DNA from: Polyangiaceae bacterium | GTDB taxonomy: Bacteria; Myxococcota_A; Polyangia; Polyangiales; Polyangiaceae | NCBI GenBank assembly: GCA_050287085.1 | Contig: JBNKBE010000005.1 | Coordinates: 128,001 to 192,000, forward strand | Reading direction: 5' to 3' | DNA: 64,000 nucleotides | Part shown: positions 1-8,371 of the stretch, one piece after another | Layout of the letters: every line of letters begins with the position of its first letter | How positions within the stretch are numbered: position 1 is the stretch's first letter | Notes under the pieces: generated by a model | Told to the model about the DNA's origin: nothing | The model's database searches: none | The model's input: the letters and a program-made list of their open reading frames with translations, nothing else | Program-made: the position numbers and the translations under genes

Positions 1-80
1 CTCAGGGACGCCAAGGGCGTTGCGTCCAAGGGCGGTCGAAGTGTGAACGACGCAAAGACGGTCCGGTCGGCGCTCTGCCT

Positions 81-1229
81 GTGCTATCGCCCACAGCGAT
101 GACACGGGCTTCGGTGCTCACCCTCACTGCCAGCTTCGCGGCAGGCATGTTCTGTACGGAGGCGTTTTTCCTCCTGCGCCCATCGTCTGATGAGATGGCT
201 CCCGCAAGCTCTGCACCTAGCGTTGCCCCACAGCCGCTCCGAGAACCCACCATCGAAGAGCATCCCGCCTCCGCCGCGCAGCTGACCTCATTTAGCCCCC
301 TGCCGGAGGTCTTCGAGCGCGCTTATGTTCAGCCCGATCGCGATGCCATGGCGCTCGGGCGTATGTTCTTCTTCGACAAGCGTTTTTCGCGCAACCACGA
401 TACGGCGTGCAGTTCGTGCCACCCGCTAGCTCAATACGGCATGGATGGACGCGGGGTGAGCATTGGGCATCTCGGACAGAGCGGAAGGCGCAATGCCCCC
501 ACGGTGTACAACGCCGGAGGCAGTGGGCTTCAGTTCTGGGACGGAAGAGCAAGGGAAGTGGAGAGCCAAGCGCTGATGCCGCTGCTCGATCCCTTCGAGA
601 TGGCCATGACCCGGGAGCGCGTGGTGCAAACCATGAAATCCATCCCCGAATACGTGGACGCGCTGCACCAGGTATTTCCGGATGAAGCGGATCCGGTGAC
701 CTTTCAGAACTTCGGAATCGTAGTGGGCGCGTTTGAACGTGGTCTGGTTACCCCGAGTCGCTGGGACCGCTACCTCGCCGGCGACGAGCTAGCCCTAAGC
801 GAGGTAGAGAAAGAGGGCTTCGGCATCTTCACCCAGCTGGGCTGCCCAAACTGCCACGCTGGACAACTCATCGGCGGCACCCACATCGAGGTACTGGGAG
901 CCGCCTGGCCTTGGCCCAACCAGACTGATCTCGGGCAAAACCAGCTGCAGCCCGGCTCTATCAATCTACCCATGTTCAAAGTGGCTAGCCTTCGAAACGT
1001 CGCGATGACTGCACCCTACTTTCACGATGCGTCATCCGATACTTTGGAAGACGCCGTTCGTCGCATGGGGAAACACCAGCTAGGACTCAAGTTGAGCAAG
1101 GAACACATCGACCCCGTGGTAGCTTGGCTCAAGTCGTTGACGGGGGCTCTTCCGCTGCAATACATCGAACCCCCTGCACTACCACCCAGCACCGTCGCCA
1201 CGCCCAAGCCGCAACGTGACGGCTATTGA
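81..1229 (+). CDS. Di-heme cytochrome c peroxidase (bacterial CCP/MauG family)
   Basis: Two heme motifs CSSCH and CPNCH; RNAPTV, QFWDGR, FKVASLRNVAMTAPYFHD motifs; N-terminal hydrophobic anchor. Start could be ATG at 99. Confidence 0.9.
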   Translation: MLSPTAMTRASVLTLTASFAAGMFCTEAFFLLRPSSDEMAPASSAPSVAPQPLREPTIEEHPASAAQLTSFSPLPEVFERAYVQPDRDAMALGRMFFFDKRFSRNHDTACSSCHPLAQYGMDGRGVSIGHLGQSGRRNAPTVYNAGGSGLQFWDGRAREVESQALMPLLDPFEMAMTRERVVQTMKSIPEYVDALHQVFPDEADPVTFQNFGIVVGAFERGLVTPSRWDRYLAGDELALSEVEKEGFGIFTQLGCPNCHAGQLIGGTHIEVLGAAWPWPNQTDLGQNQLQPGSINLPMFKVASLRNVAMTAPYFHDASSDTLEDAVRRMGKHQLGLKLSKEHIDPVVAWLKSLTGALPLQYIEPPALPPSTVATPKPQRDGY

Positions 1230-4200
1230 ATGATCGAGATCTCGACGGTGCAGTTCGCACTGCAACCATCACTACTGCTGGTGTTGCCGTCGTCACACTC
1301 TTCTCCAGAGTCCACGGTGCCGTCACCGCAGTAGTGCTCTTCCCGACACAATGGGCTGCAGCCGTCCCCCGCGGTCGTGTTACCGTCATCACATTGCTCG
1401 GCACCCTCGACTTTGGAATCCCCGCATACCGGCTCTAGCTTACACGTCGACGAGCAACCGTCACCGCTGGCGTTATTGCCGTCGTCACACTCCTCGGTCC
1501 CCTCTTTCGTCCCATTGCCGCAATATACCTCACGCCGGCACGTCCTGCTGCAACCATCACCGCTTTGCGTGTTGCCGTCGTCACACTGTTCTCCGAGAGC
1601 GCTCTGAGTGACTCCGTCCCCACACACTTCGAGGCGACAAGTGGCGGAACAACCGTCGCCGGACTGAGTCCCGCCGTCATCGCACTCCTCCAACCCGGCG
1701 AGACGACCATCTCCGCACACGCCTTCGCTGCGGCACGTCGCACTGCAGCCGTCTCCACCAACGTTATTGCCGTCATCGCATTCTTCAGACGGCGCCCGGC
1801 TTCCGTCACCACACACCGCTTCAATACGACAAGCCGAGGAACAGCCATCGCCACTGACGTTGTTGCCGTCGTCGCATTCCTCAACTCCTTCCTTGACCTG
1901 ATTGCCACAGAAGGTCTCTAGCAGGCAGCGACTGCTGCAACCGTCGCCACTCGTCGTGTTGCCATCGTCGCACTGCTCACTCAGGTCCACGACATCGTCG
2001 CCACAGACCTCAGCCGTGCAGTCCGCGCGGCAGCCGTCCCCCGCGGTCGTGTTGCCGTCGTCACACTGCTCATTGCCCTCGAGCACTTGATTGCCGCAGT
2101 CTGGCTCGATATGACAGGTCGCATCACAGCCATCACCCACGAGCTGATTGCCATCGTCGCACTGCTCCGTGCTCGCCTGCACGCCATCGCCGCACACGGC
2201 TTCGCTGCGACACGCTGAGCTGCAGCCGTCGCCTGAGACGTTATTTCCGTCGTCGCAGTCCTCCGTCTGGTCCTTGCGTCCGTCACCGCAGAGCTCACGC
2301 GTGCAGTCGGCTCGGCAACCATCTCCCGCCGTCAAGTTACCGTCGTCACATTGCTCCGGCGTCTCGCGAACATTGTTGCCGCATATGGGTGCACTCTGAC
2401 AGCTACTGCTACAGCCGTCGTTGTCTACCGTGTTGCCGTCGTCACATTCCTCTCCTACCTCAACCAGGTTGTTGCCGCACACCGTCTCCAACTGGCAGTT
2501 GGCTCCGCATCCGTCGCCCGCCATCGTGTTACCATCGTCGCAAACCTCTCCCGGATCCCGACGACCGTTGCCACACACTTCGCGCAGACAAACAGAACTA
2601 CAGCCGTCGCCGGAGAGGTTGTTGCCGTCGTCGCATTCCTCAGCACCGTCCCGCTGTCCGTTGCCGCAGAAGGTCTCCAGTTGGCAGTTTAGACTGCAAC
2701 CATCTGCGCTCTCGGCATTTCCGTCATCGCACTGCTCGGCGGCATCCACGATGCCATCGCCGCACAATTCTTCGCTACAGTCCGCGCGGCAGCCGTCCCC
2801 CGGCACCGTGTTGCCATCGTCGCAAGCCTCTCCCAGCTCCACGTCGTCGTTGCCACAAATGGCTTCGCTTACGCATTGGCTGCTGCAGCCATCGCCCGAG
2901 ACGGTATTGCCGTCGTCGCATTGCTCGGCGCCTTCACGTTCCCCGTTGCCGCACACGCTCTCGTCCAGGCAACGTTCGTCACAACCGTCGGAAGGTTCGG
3001 TATTGCCGTCGTCGCACTGCTCGCCCACCTGGACGACGCCATCGCCGCACTCGCAGAGAACAAGCACCGTTACGGTGGCGGTGTCCGTCTCGTTGCCGCC
3101 AAGCACTGCCGTGTAGTCGAAGCGATCGTAGCCGCCGCAGAAGCCATTCGGCGGAGAATACTCGACCGTGTCACCATCCGCGCTGACCACAGCACTTCCG
3201 CCGCGCTCGGTCGCGGTCACAGACAAGACGCCAACGGTAGGATCGGCACAGGTCCCCTCGCTGCGGGTGTCGTTGCTCAACACGTCCACAACATTGTCCG
3301 TACTACCGGACTGGACTTGGATGCGGTCGGGACGTGCTTTCGCTGGCGCGTAGCAGTAGGGCACGGTCGCGCCCGTATTGCATACGGTGCCGGGCGCTCG
3401 ACTGGCGCATTCTGCGTCAGAAGTGCACGACGTCGCAAATAGCTGGCACGGCTCGGACGGATTGCGCGGGCAGATGATGAAAGCCCCACCGTCAATTGCC
3501 GTGGCGGCTGCCGCAGCTTCTTTGGTGTAGCTCTGCACCGGGGTACCGTCGGCCGCTTGGGCTGCGATCAGCACCCCCGGAATGGTGGACTGCCCATAGA
3601 GTGAACCGTCATGACCATAGAAGCGAAACTGAAGATCCGTTGAGCCTGACGGTGTATTGAATACCCCGACCACATCAAATCCAGGAACGGTGAAGATGGC
3701 GTCCAGGGGGTCGCTGCTTGCGGCAGTCCACGACAAGTCCGCGGAGCCAAAGTCGAAACCAAGGGGACTTGAAGGGCTGCGAGGATAGGCGCGGATCTCA
3801 CCACCAGACCTCACCAAGTAGGCACGCCCATCTTCCCCCACGGTCAGGCCGTCAAACTGAAGCGGAAGATCCCCACTCGCCCGAATGGTTCCGTCCACCG
3901 ACACCCATCTCAGAGTCGAACCGGATCCACTGTTCTCCAGAAAGAACCAAGAATGCGAGAACGGATCGTAGGCCGCGCCGTCGATGCCGCCACCATCATA
4001 ACGAACCCTAGGCACCAACGCCGGATCCGGATTCGAACACTGCCCGCTGCCCGGAGTTTCGCCCGGCGCACATAGCTCATTGGTGTCCGGAATGAGAATC
4101 GAACCGTCGAGACAGAGCTCGATCGGTGGCTTGGCCAAGGATTGCTTGTACCCAACGAAGGAGCGCGTGATGGGATCGTAGCTGAGCGCATCCGGCGACA

Positions 4201-7200
4201 CGTTGCTAACGTTGAACTCTCGAATGGCGACCCAGGCAAGCTGGGTAGCACACACGCTCGGAGCGCCTTCGCAGGCGTAGAAGGGCTCGACGGTGCATTG
4301 CGCTGAGCAGCCGTCACCCGCCGCCAGGTCCCCATCATCACACTCTTCAAGCCCGCCGACGTCCCCATTGCCGCAAGGATTGGCGGTGCACGGTCCTCCG
4401 GTTACAGGAATCGTATCGTCGTGCACTTCACACTCATAGCCCCAAACCAGCTGACAAGCGGCATCACACCCTGCACTCTGCCCCTCATCATCACACTGCT
4501 CTGCCCCCTCGATCACACCGTCCCCGCAGACAGTGAGGGAGCATGCGTCACCCGGAACATCGCACTTATAGCCGAGCTCCAGCTTGCAGTCCGCCGAGCA
4601 CCCATCGCCGGAGGTCGGTGTGGCATCGTCATCTTCGCACTCTTCCTCTCCTTCGACCGCACCATCGCCACACTGCGGAGCGCGACAGGCGCCGCCCTCT
4701 GAAGGACAGGCATAGCCAGACTCGACGCGACACGTGATGGAACAACCGTCGCCGGATAGCTCGTTGCCGTCGTCGCACTCTTCCGTGGCCACCGCGATAC
4801 CGTCACCACATTGGGCCGCCACGCACGGCTGCCCCTCGAGCCGACAGTCGTAGCCAGGCTCTACTTCGCAGCTCGCGTCACAACCGTCGGACGGATTGCG
4901 ATTTCCGTCATCACAGGCTTCCGCCGTGTCCTGAATAGCATCGCCGCACTGTTGACAGGGCTGCCCCGGCACTGGGCACTGAAATCCGAGCTCCAACTGG
5001 CAGGTCAGACCGCAGCCGTCGCCCGCCTGGGCGTCTCCGTCGTCACAGGTTTCGCCAAGCTCGACCAGGCTGTTGCCACACTGCGTGCAAGCCGCCCCAG
5101 GTACACCGCAGGCGTAGCCGGGCTCAATGTTCTCGCAGGTGGCGTCGCAACCATCTCCCGCCGTCGCGTTGCCATCGTCGCAAGCTTCCCCCGCTTCGAG
5201 CACGCCGTTTCCGCAACGCTGACACTGCCCGCCCGCGGGGGGACACGTGTAGTTTGGCTCGACGCGATCGCAGCCGTGGGAACAACCATCACCGCTGAGC
5301 AGGTTGCCATCGTCGCAGACCTCAGGCGCCTGCACAATGCCGTCGCCACACTGACGGCAGGGCGTGCCTGGAGCCAGACAGGTGAAGCCTGGGTAGGTGC
5401 CCTGGCATGTGGGCAGGCATCCCTTGCCATCGTCTGGCTCACCGTCATCGCAGACTTCACCTTCCGCGAGCACCCCGTCGCCGCAGACATAGCAATCACT
5501 GCCGGGAATAGCGCAGGTAAAGCCGAGCTCCACCGTACAAGCCGCGTCACAGCCATCGCCGGGGTCGCGATCGCCGTCGTCGCATTCCTCACTGCTCTCG
5601 CGCACCCCGTTGCCACACTGCTCACAAGCCGCACCGGATACCGGACAGCTGTAGCCATCTTCAACGAGCGTACATTCCTGTCCGCAACCGTCGCCATCAA
5701 GGGTGTTGCCGTCGTCGCAGTTTTCGCCGTATTCGACTACCCCGTTGCCACACTTCTGGCATCCCTGCTCGTCGGTGCACGTGTAGCCGTCTTCGATCCG
5801 TCGGCAGTCATAGCCGCATCCGTCGCCCCCCACGCGGTTTCCGTCGTCGCACAGTTCGCCTGCCTCACGCACACCGTTGCCGCACTCGATACACTTTTGA
5901 CCCGGTTGGCCGCAGGTAAACCCTGGTTCGACGGTCTGGCAGTCTCCCGCACAGCCATCACCCGAAGCGGCATTGCCGTCGTCGCAGATCTCACCGTCAG
6001 CCAAAGCTCCGTCGCCACACAAGAAGCAGGTGGCGCCTGGAACCGGACACTGAAATCCGACCTCTAGCTTGCAGCTGGCGTCGCAACCGTCACCGCTTGC
6101 CGTATTCCCGTCATCGCAACCTTCACTGCTCTCGCGAATGCCATTGCCGCACAGCTCGCAAGCAACCCCTGGAACGGGGCAGAATGCCCCAGCTTCAACC
6201 CGTGCACAATCCGCGCTACAACCGTCACCGTCCACGTTGTTGCGGTCGTCACACACCTCGCTGCCCGACAGTCGGCCGTCGCCGCAGCCGCCGCAGGCAC
6301 TCCCGGGCGTGGAGCAGACAAATCCCACTTCAACCACGCGGCAGTCGAAGCGACAGCCATCCCCGCTCACACGATTGCCGTCGTCGCAGACCTCGACCCC
6401 ACTCAGAAGACCATCACCACACAACGTGCACGCCACGCCGCCAACGCTGCAGTCGTAGCCCGGCTGCACACTGGTGCAATCGGCGGCGCAACCGTCCCCT
6501 GGTTGTCGGTTCCCGTCATCGCATGTTTCGTTGGGTTCGATGACGCCGTTGCCACATAGCTCACAGGCTTGACCCGGGATCCAGCACTCATAGTTGCCCT
6601 CCACGCTGCCACAGTCTACCGCGCAGCCATCTCCTGCGACTCGGTTGCCGTCGTCACAAGCCTCACTGCTCTCCACTATGCCATTGCCGCATCCCTCGCA
6701 GGCTGCCCCCACTACCGGACAAGCAAAGCCGGCCTCGACCGCATCGCAGCCCGAGGAACAACCATCTCCGCCTTGCACGTTGCCGTCATCGCAGACTTCT
6801 CCCGTCTCGATGACGCGATTGCCACACCCCGCGCACGACACGCCGGGAAGCGGGCAGGTGTAGCCGGGCTCCACCTCGAGACAGTTGAAAAGACAGCCGT
6901 CACCCGAAATGACGTTGCCGTCATCGCAAGCCTCATGGGCATCTACCTTTCCATCACCGCAGCGCTCGCACAATTCACCGGGTGCCGAGCACCGAAAGAA
7001 CTGTTCGATCGTGCGGCAATCCGCGGCGCAGCCGTCATTTGACCGGGTGTTGCCGTCATCGCAGGCCTCCGCATCACCCAGCTCTCCATCACCACATAGG
7101 TCACAGTCACCCCCTGCTGCTGCGCAGTTGAAGCCCGTCTCTACGAGTTTGCAGTCAGAGCTACACCCGTCGCCGTCGATGACGTTGCCATCGTCACACG

Positions 7201-7600
7201 CCTCCCGACTCTCCCGAATCCCATTGCCACATTCCTCACATTCGACCCCGGCCACGGCACAGTCGAAGCCGCTTTCTAGCAAGCAGGTATCGTCGCAACC
7301 ATCACCATCGAGCGCGTTGCCATCATCGCATTCCTCCCCCGCCTCGAGCACACCGTTGCCACAGGGCCGTCGAAGCCCCCCATCGGCGGTCTGCGCAGGG
7401 GGCGCGTCGTCCGTGTCATCGGGCAGAACCAAGCGGTCGTCCAAGTCGCCCCCAGCGTCGCCCGGAGGCCCGCGACGACCCCCATCTCCCGCGGTCGTCC
7501 CCGCGTCGTGCGGCTCGTCAGCCAGCTCGGGCGCGGAAGAACAAGATACCAACAGGGACAGCATGCCCGCCGCCGAGGAAAGGTAGATGATTCGTCGCAT
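1223..7600 (-). CDS. Giant lipoprotein with myxococcal cysteine-rich (DUF4215-type) repeats around a central non-repeat core and an Ig/cadherin-like module
   Basis: Lipobox-like LLVSC; 23 N-terminal and 19 C-terminal CG[DN]G..E.CDDGN...DGC repeats; Ig-like segment (..DVLSND..YSPPNGFCGGYDRFDY..). Confidence 0.9.
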   Translation of the reverse strand: MRRIIYLSSAAGMLSLLVSCSSAPELADEPHDAGTTAGDGGRRGPPGDAGGDLDDRLVLPDDTDDAPPAQTADGGLRRPCGNGVLEAGEECDDGNALDGDGCDDTCLLESGFDCAVAGVECEECGNGIRESREACDDGNVIDGDGCSSDCKLVETGFNCAAAGGDCDLCGDGELGDAEACDDGNTRSNDGCAADCRTIEQFFRCSAPGELCERCGDGKVDAHEACDDGNVISGDGCLFNCLEVEPGYTCPLPGVSCAGCGNRVIETGEVCDDGNVQGGDGCSSGCDAVEAGFACPVVGAACEGCGNGIVESSEACDDGNRVAGDGCAVDCGSVEGNYECWIPGQACELCGNGVIEPNETCDDGNRQPGDGCAADCTSVQPGYDCSVGGVACTLCGDGLLSGVEVCDDGNRVSGDGCRFDCRVVEVGFVCSTPGSACGGCGDGRLSGSEVCDDRNNVDGDGCSADCARVEAGAFCPVPGVACELCGNGIRESSEGCDDGNTASGDGCDASCKLEVGFQCPVPGATCFLCGDGALADGEICDDGNAASGDGCAGDCQTVEPGFTCGQPGQKCIECGNGVREAGELCDDGNRVGGDGCGYDCRRIEDGYTCTDEQGCQKCGNGVVEYGENCDDGNTLDGDGCGQECTLVEDGYSCPVSGAACEQCGNGVRESSEECDDGDRDPGDGCDAACTVELGFTCAIPGSDCYVCGDGVLAEGEVCDDGEPDDGKGCLPTCQGTYPGFTCLAPGTPCRQCGDGIVQAPEVCDDGNLLSGDGCSHGCDRVEPNYTCPPAGGQCQRCGNGVLEAGEACDDGNATAGDGCDATCENIEPGYACGVPGAACTQCGNSLVELGETCDDGDAQAGDGCGLTCQLELGFQCPVPGQPCQQCGDAIQDTAEACDDGNRNPSDGCDASCEVEPGYDCRLEGQPCVAAQCGDGIAVATEECDDGNELSGDGCSITCRVESGYACPSEGGACRAPQCGDGAVEGEEECEDDDATPTSGDGCSADCKLELGYKCDVPGDACSLTVCGDGVIEGAEQCDDEGQSAGCDAACQLVWGYECEVHDDTIPVTGGPCTANPCGNGDVGGLEECDDGDLAAGDGCSAQCTVEPFYACEGAPSVCATQLAWVAIREFNVSNVSPDALSYDPITRSFVGYKQSLAKPPIELCLDGSILIPDTNELCAPGETPGSGQCSNPDPALVPRVRYDGGGIDGAAYDPFSHSWFFLENSGSGSTLRWVSVDGTIRASGDLPLQFDGLTVGEDGRAYLVRSGGEIRAYPRSPSSPLGFDFGSADLSWTAASSDPLDAIFTVPGFDVVGVFNTPSGSTDLQFRFYGHDGSLYGQSTIPGVLIAAQAADGTPVQSYTKEAAAAATAIDGGAFIICPRNPSEPCQLFATSCTSDAECASRAPGTVCNTGATVPYCYAPAKARPDRIQVQSGSTDNVVDVLSNDTRSEGTCADPTVGVLSVTATERGGSAVVSADGDTVEYSPPNGFCGGYDRFDYTAVLGGNETDTATVTVLVLCECGDGVVQVGEQCDDGNTEPSDGCDERCLDESVCGNGEREGAEQCDDGNTVSGDGCSSQCVSEAICGNDDVELGEACDDGNTVPGDGCRADCSEELCGDGIVDAAEQCDDGNAESADGCSLNCQLETFCGNGQRDGAEECDDGNNLSGDGCSSVCLREVCGNGRRDPGEVCDDGNTMAGDGCGANCQLETVCGNNLVEVGEECDDGNTVDNDGCSSSCQSAPICGNNVRETPEQCDDGNLTAGDGCRADCTRELCGDGRKDQTEDCDDGNNVSGDGCSSACRSEAVCGDGVQASTEQCDDGNQLVGDGCDATCHIEPDCGNQVLEGNEQCDDGNTTAGDGCRADCTAEVCGDDVVDLSEQCDDGNTTSGDGCSSRCLLETFCGNQVKEGVEECDDGNNVSGDGCSSACRIEAVCGDGSRAPSEECDDGNNVGGDGCSATCRSEGVCGDGRLAGLEECDDGGTQSGDGCSATCRLEVCGDGVTQSALGEQCDDGNTQSGDGCSRTCRREVYCGNGTKEGTEECDDGNNASGDGCSSTCKLEPVCGDSKVEGAEQCDDGNTTAGDGCSPLCREEHYCGDGTVDSGEECDDGNTSSSDGCSANCTVEISIIQ

Positions 7601-7827
7601 AGTGAACGCCTGCGACGTCAGAGCGACACACGCAGCGTTCCCTTAAGCGCTAGGTGGAAAGAACTGCGCACTTCCCCTTGGTCGATGACTCAGGGTGTCC
7701 CGTTGATGCACCTCCAGGAAGGCCGTCCCTCGCGACCGTCACAAAGCAACACGCGAACGGGCAGCGATACGGCAGGGACAAGCGCACACGCCCATAAGTG
7801 GACGTCCGGGTCGATAGAGCGGGCCTT

Positions 7828-8256
7828 TTATGTGCCGCAATCGGCGCCGTCTGTTCCGCAATGAGTTTCCGGACAACGGTTGCGACAGGCGGAAGAATTG
7901 ATGCGATGGGCGGTGATCAAAGCGGCTGATGCGAGAATGCTGAGCCCGACTTCGGCACCGAGCGGCAGCTTTGAAAGCGCCATCACGATGAAGGTAGCGA
8001 GCGCTCCCACCAGCCACGGAACGGCTCGCACATTTCGATGAAGCAGAACACCACCGCCCACGGAAAGGAGCCCCAGAGCGGCCAATCCAACGCGAAACCC
8101 TTCTTCGGTTTCGTGTGCCCCCAAGAGCGGCAATACGAGCGCAAGCACCGGAGTCAGAGCACAGTGCACCGCGCAGAGCCCTGACATGGTCATACCCAGC
8201 GCGTCTAGACGCATCAGCCAACGGCCGCGCCGATAAGTTTGTGCTTCAGAGCTCAT
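7828..8256 (-). CDS. MerC-family membrane protein
   Basis: LDALGMTMSGLCAVHCALTP signature, about four hydrophobic helices, AH..N near the C-terminus. Start moved to ATG at 8256. Confidence 0.8.
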   Translation of the reverse strand: MSSEAQTYRRGRWLMRLDALGMTMSGLCAVHCALTPVLALVLPLLGAHETEEGFRVGLAALGLLSVGGGVLLHRNVRAVPWLVGALATFIVMALSKLPLGAEVGLSILASAALITAHRINSSACRNRCPETHCGTDGADCGT

Positions 8257-8371
8257 GTGGGAACCGCGGAAAGCTAATGCCGCTCGTCGCCGCACGCAAC
8301 AACGGCGAAGGTCTGCGATCAACAAAGCTCGCTTAGGCCCACACAGGCCACGGAGCCGGACAAGCCAGGCT

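Noticed and set aside
81..1229. Peroxidase as the dedicated partner of the H2O2-producing oxidase at 17059
   Set aside because: 16 kb apart and separated by unrelated housekeeping genes; nothing in the sequence links them.
1300..7350. Recurring DNA motif GTTGCCGTCGTCGCA at about 100-135 bp spacing, superficially CRISPR-like
   Set aside because: The copies are degenerate at third codon positions and in frame within a protein repeat; no cas genes or leader.
1226..7586. Many long + strand ORFs (e.g. 4811-6067, 2421-3116) with repeated AVVA or LPSSH motifs
   Set aside because: Antisense shadows of the Cys-rich repeat gene; their periodic motifs are the reverse-complement reading of CDDGN codons.
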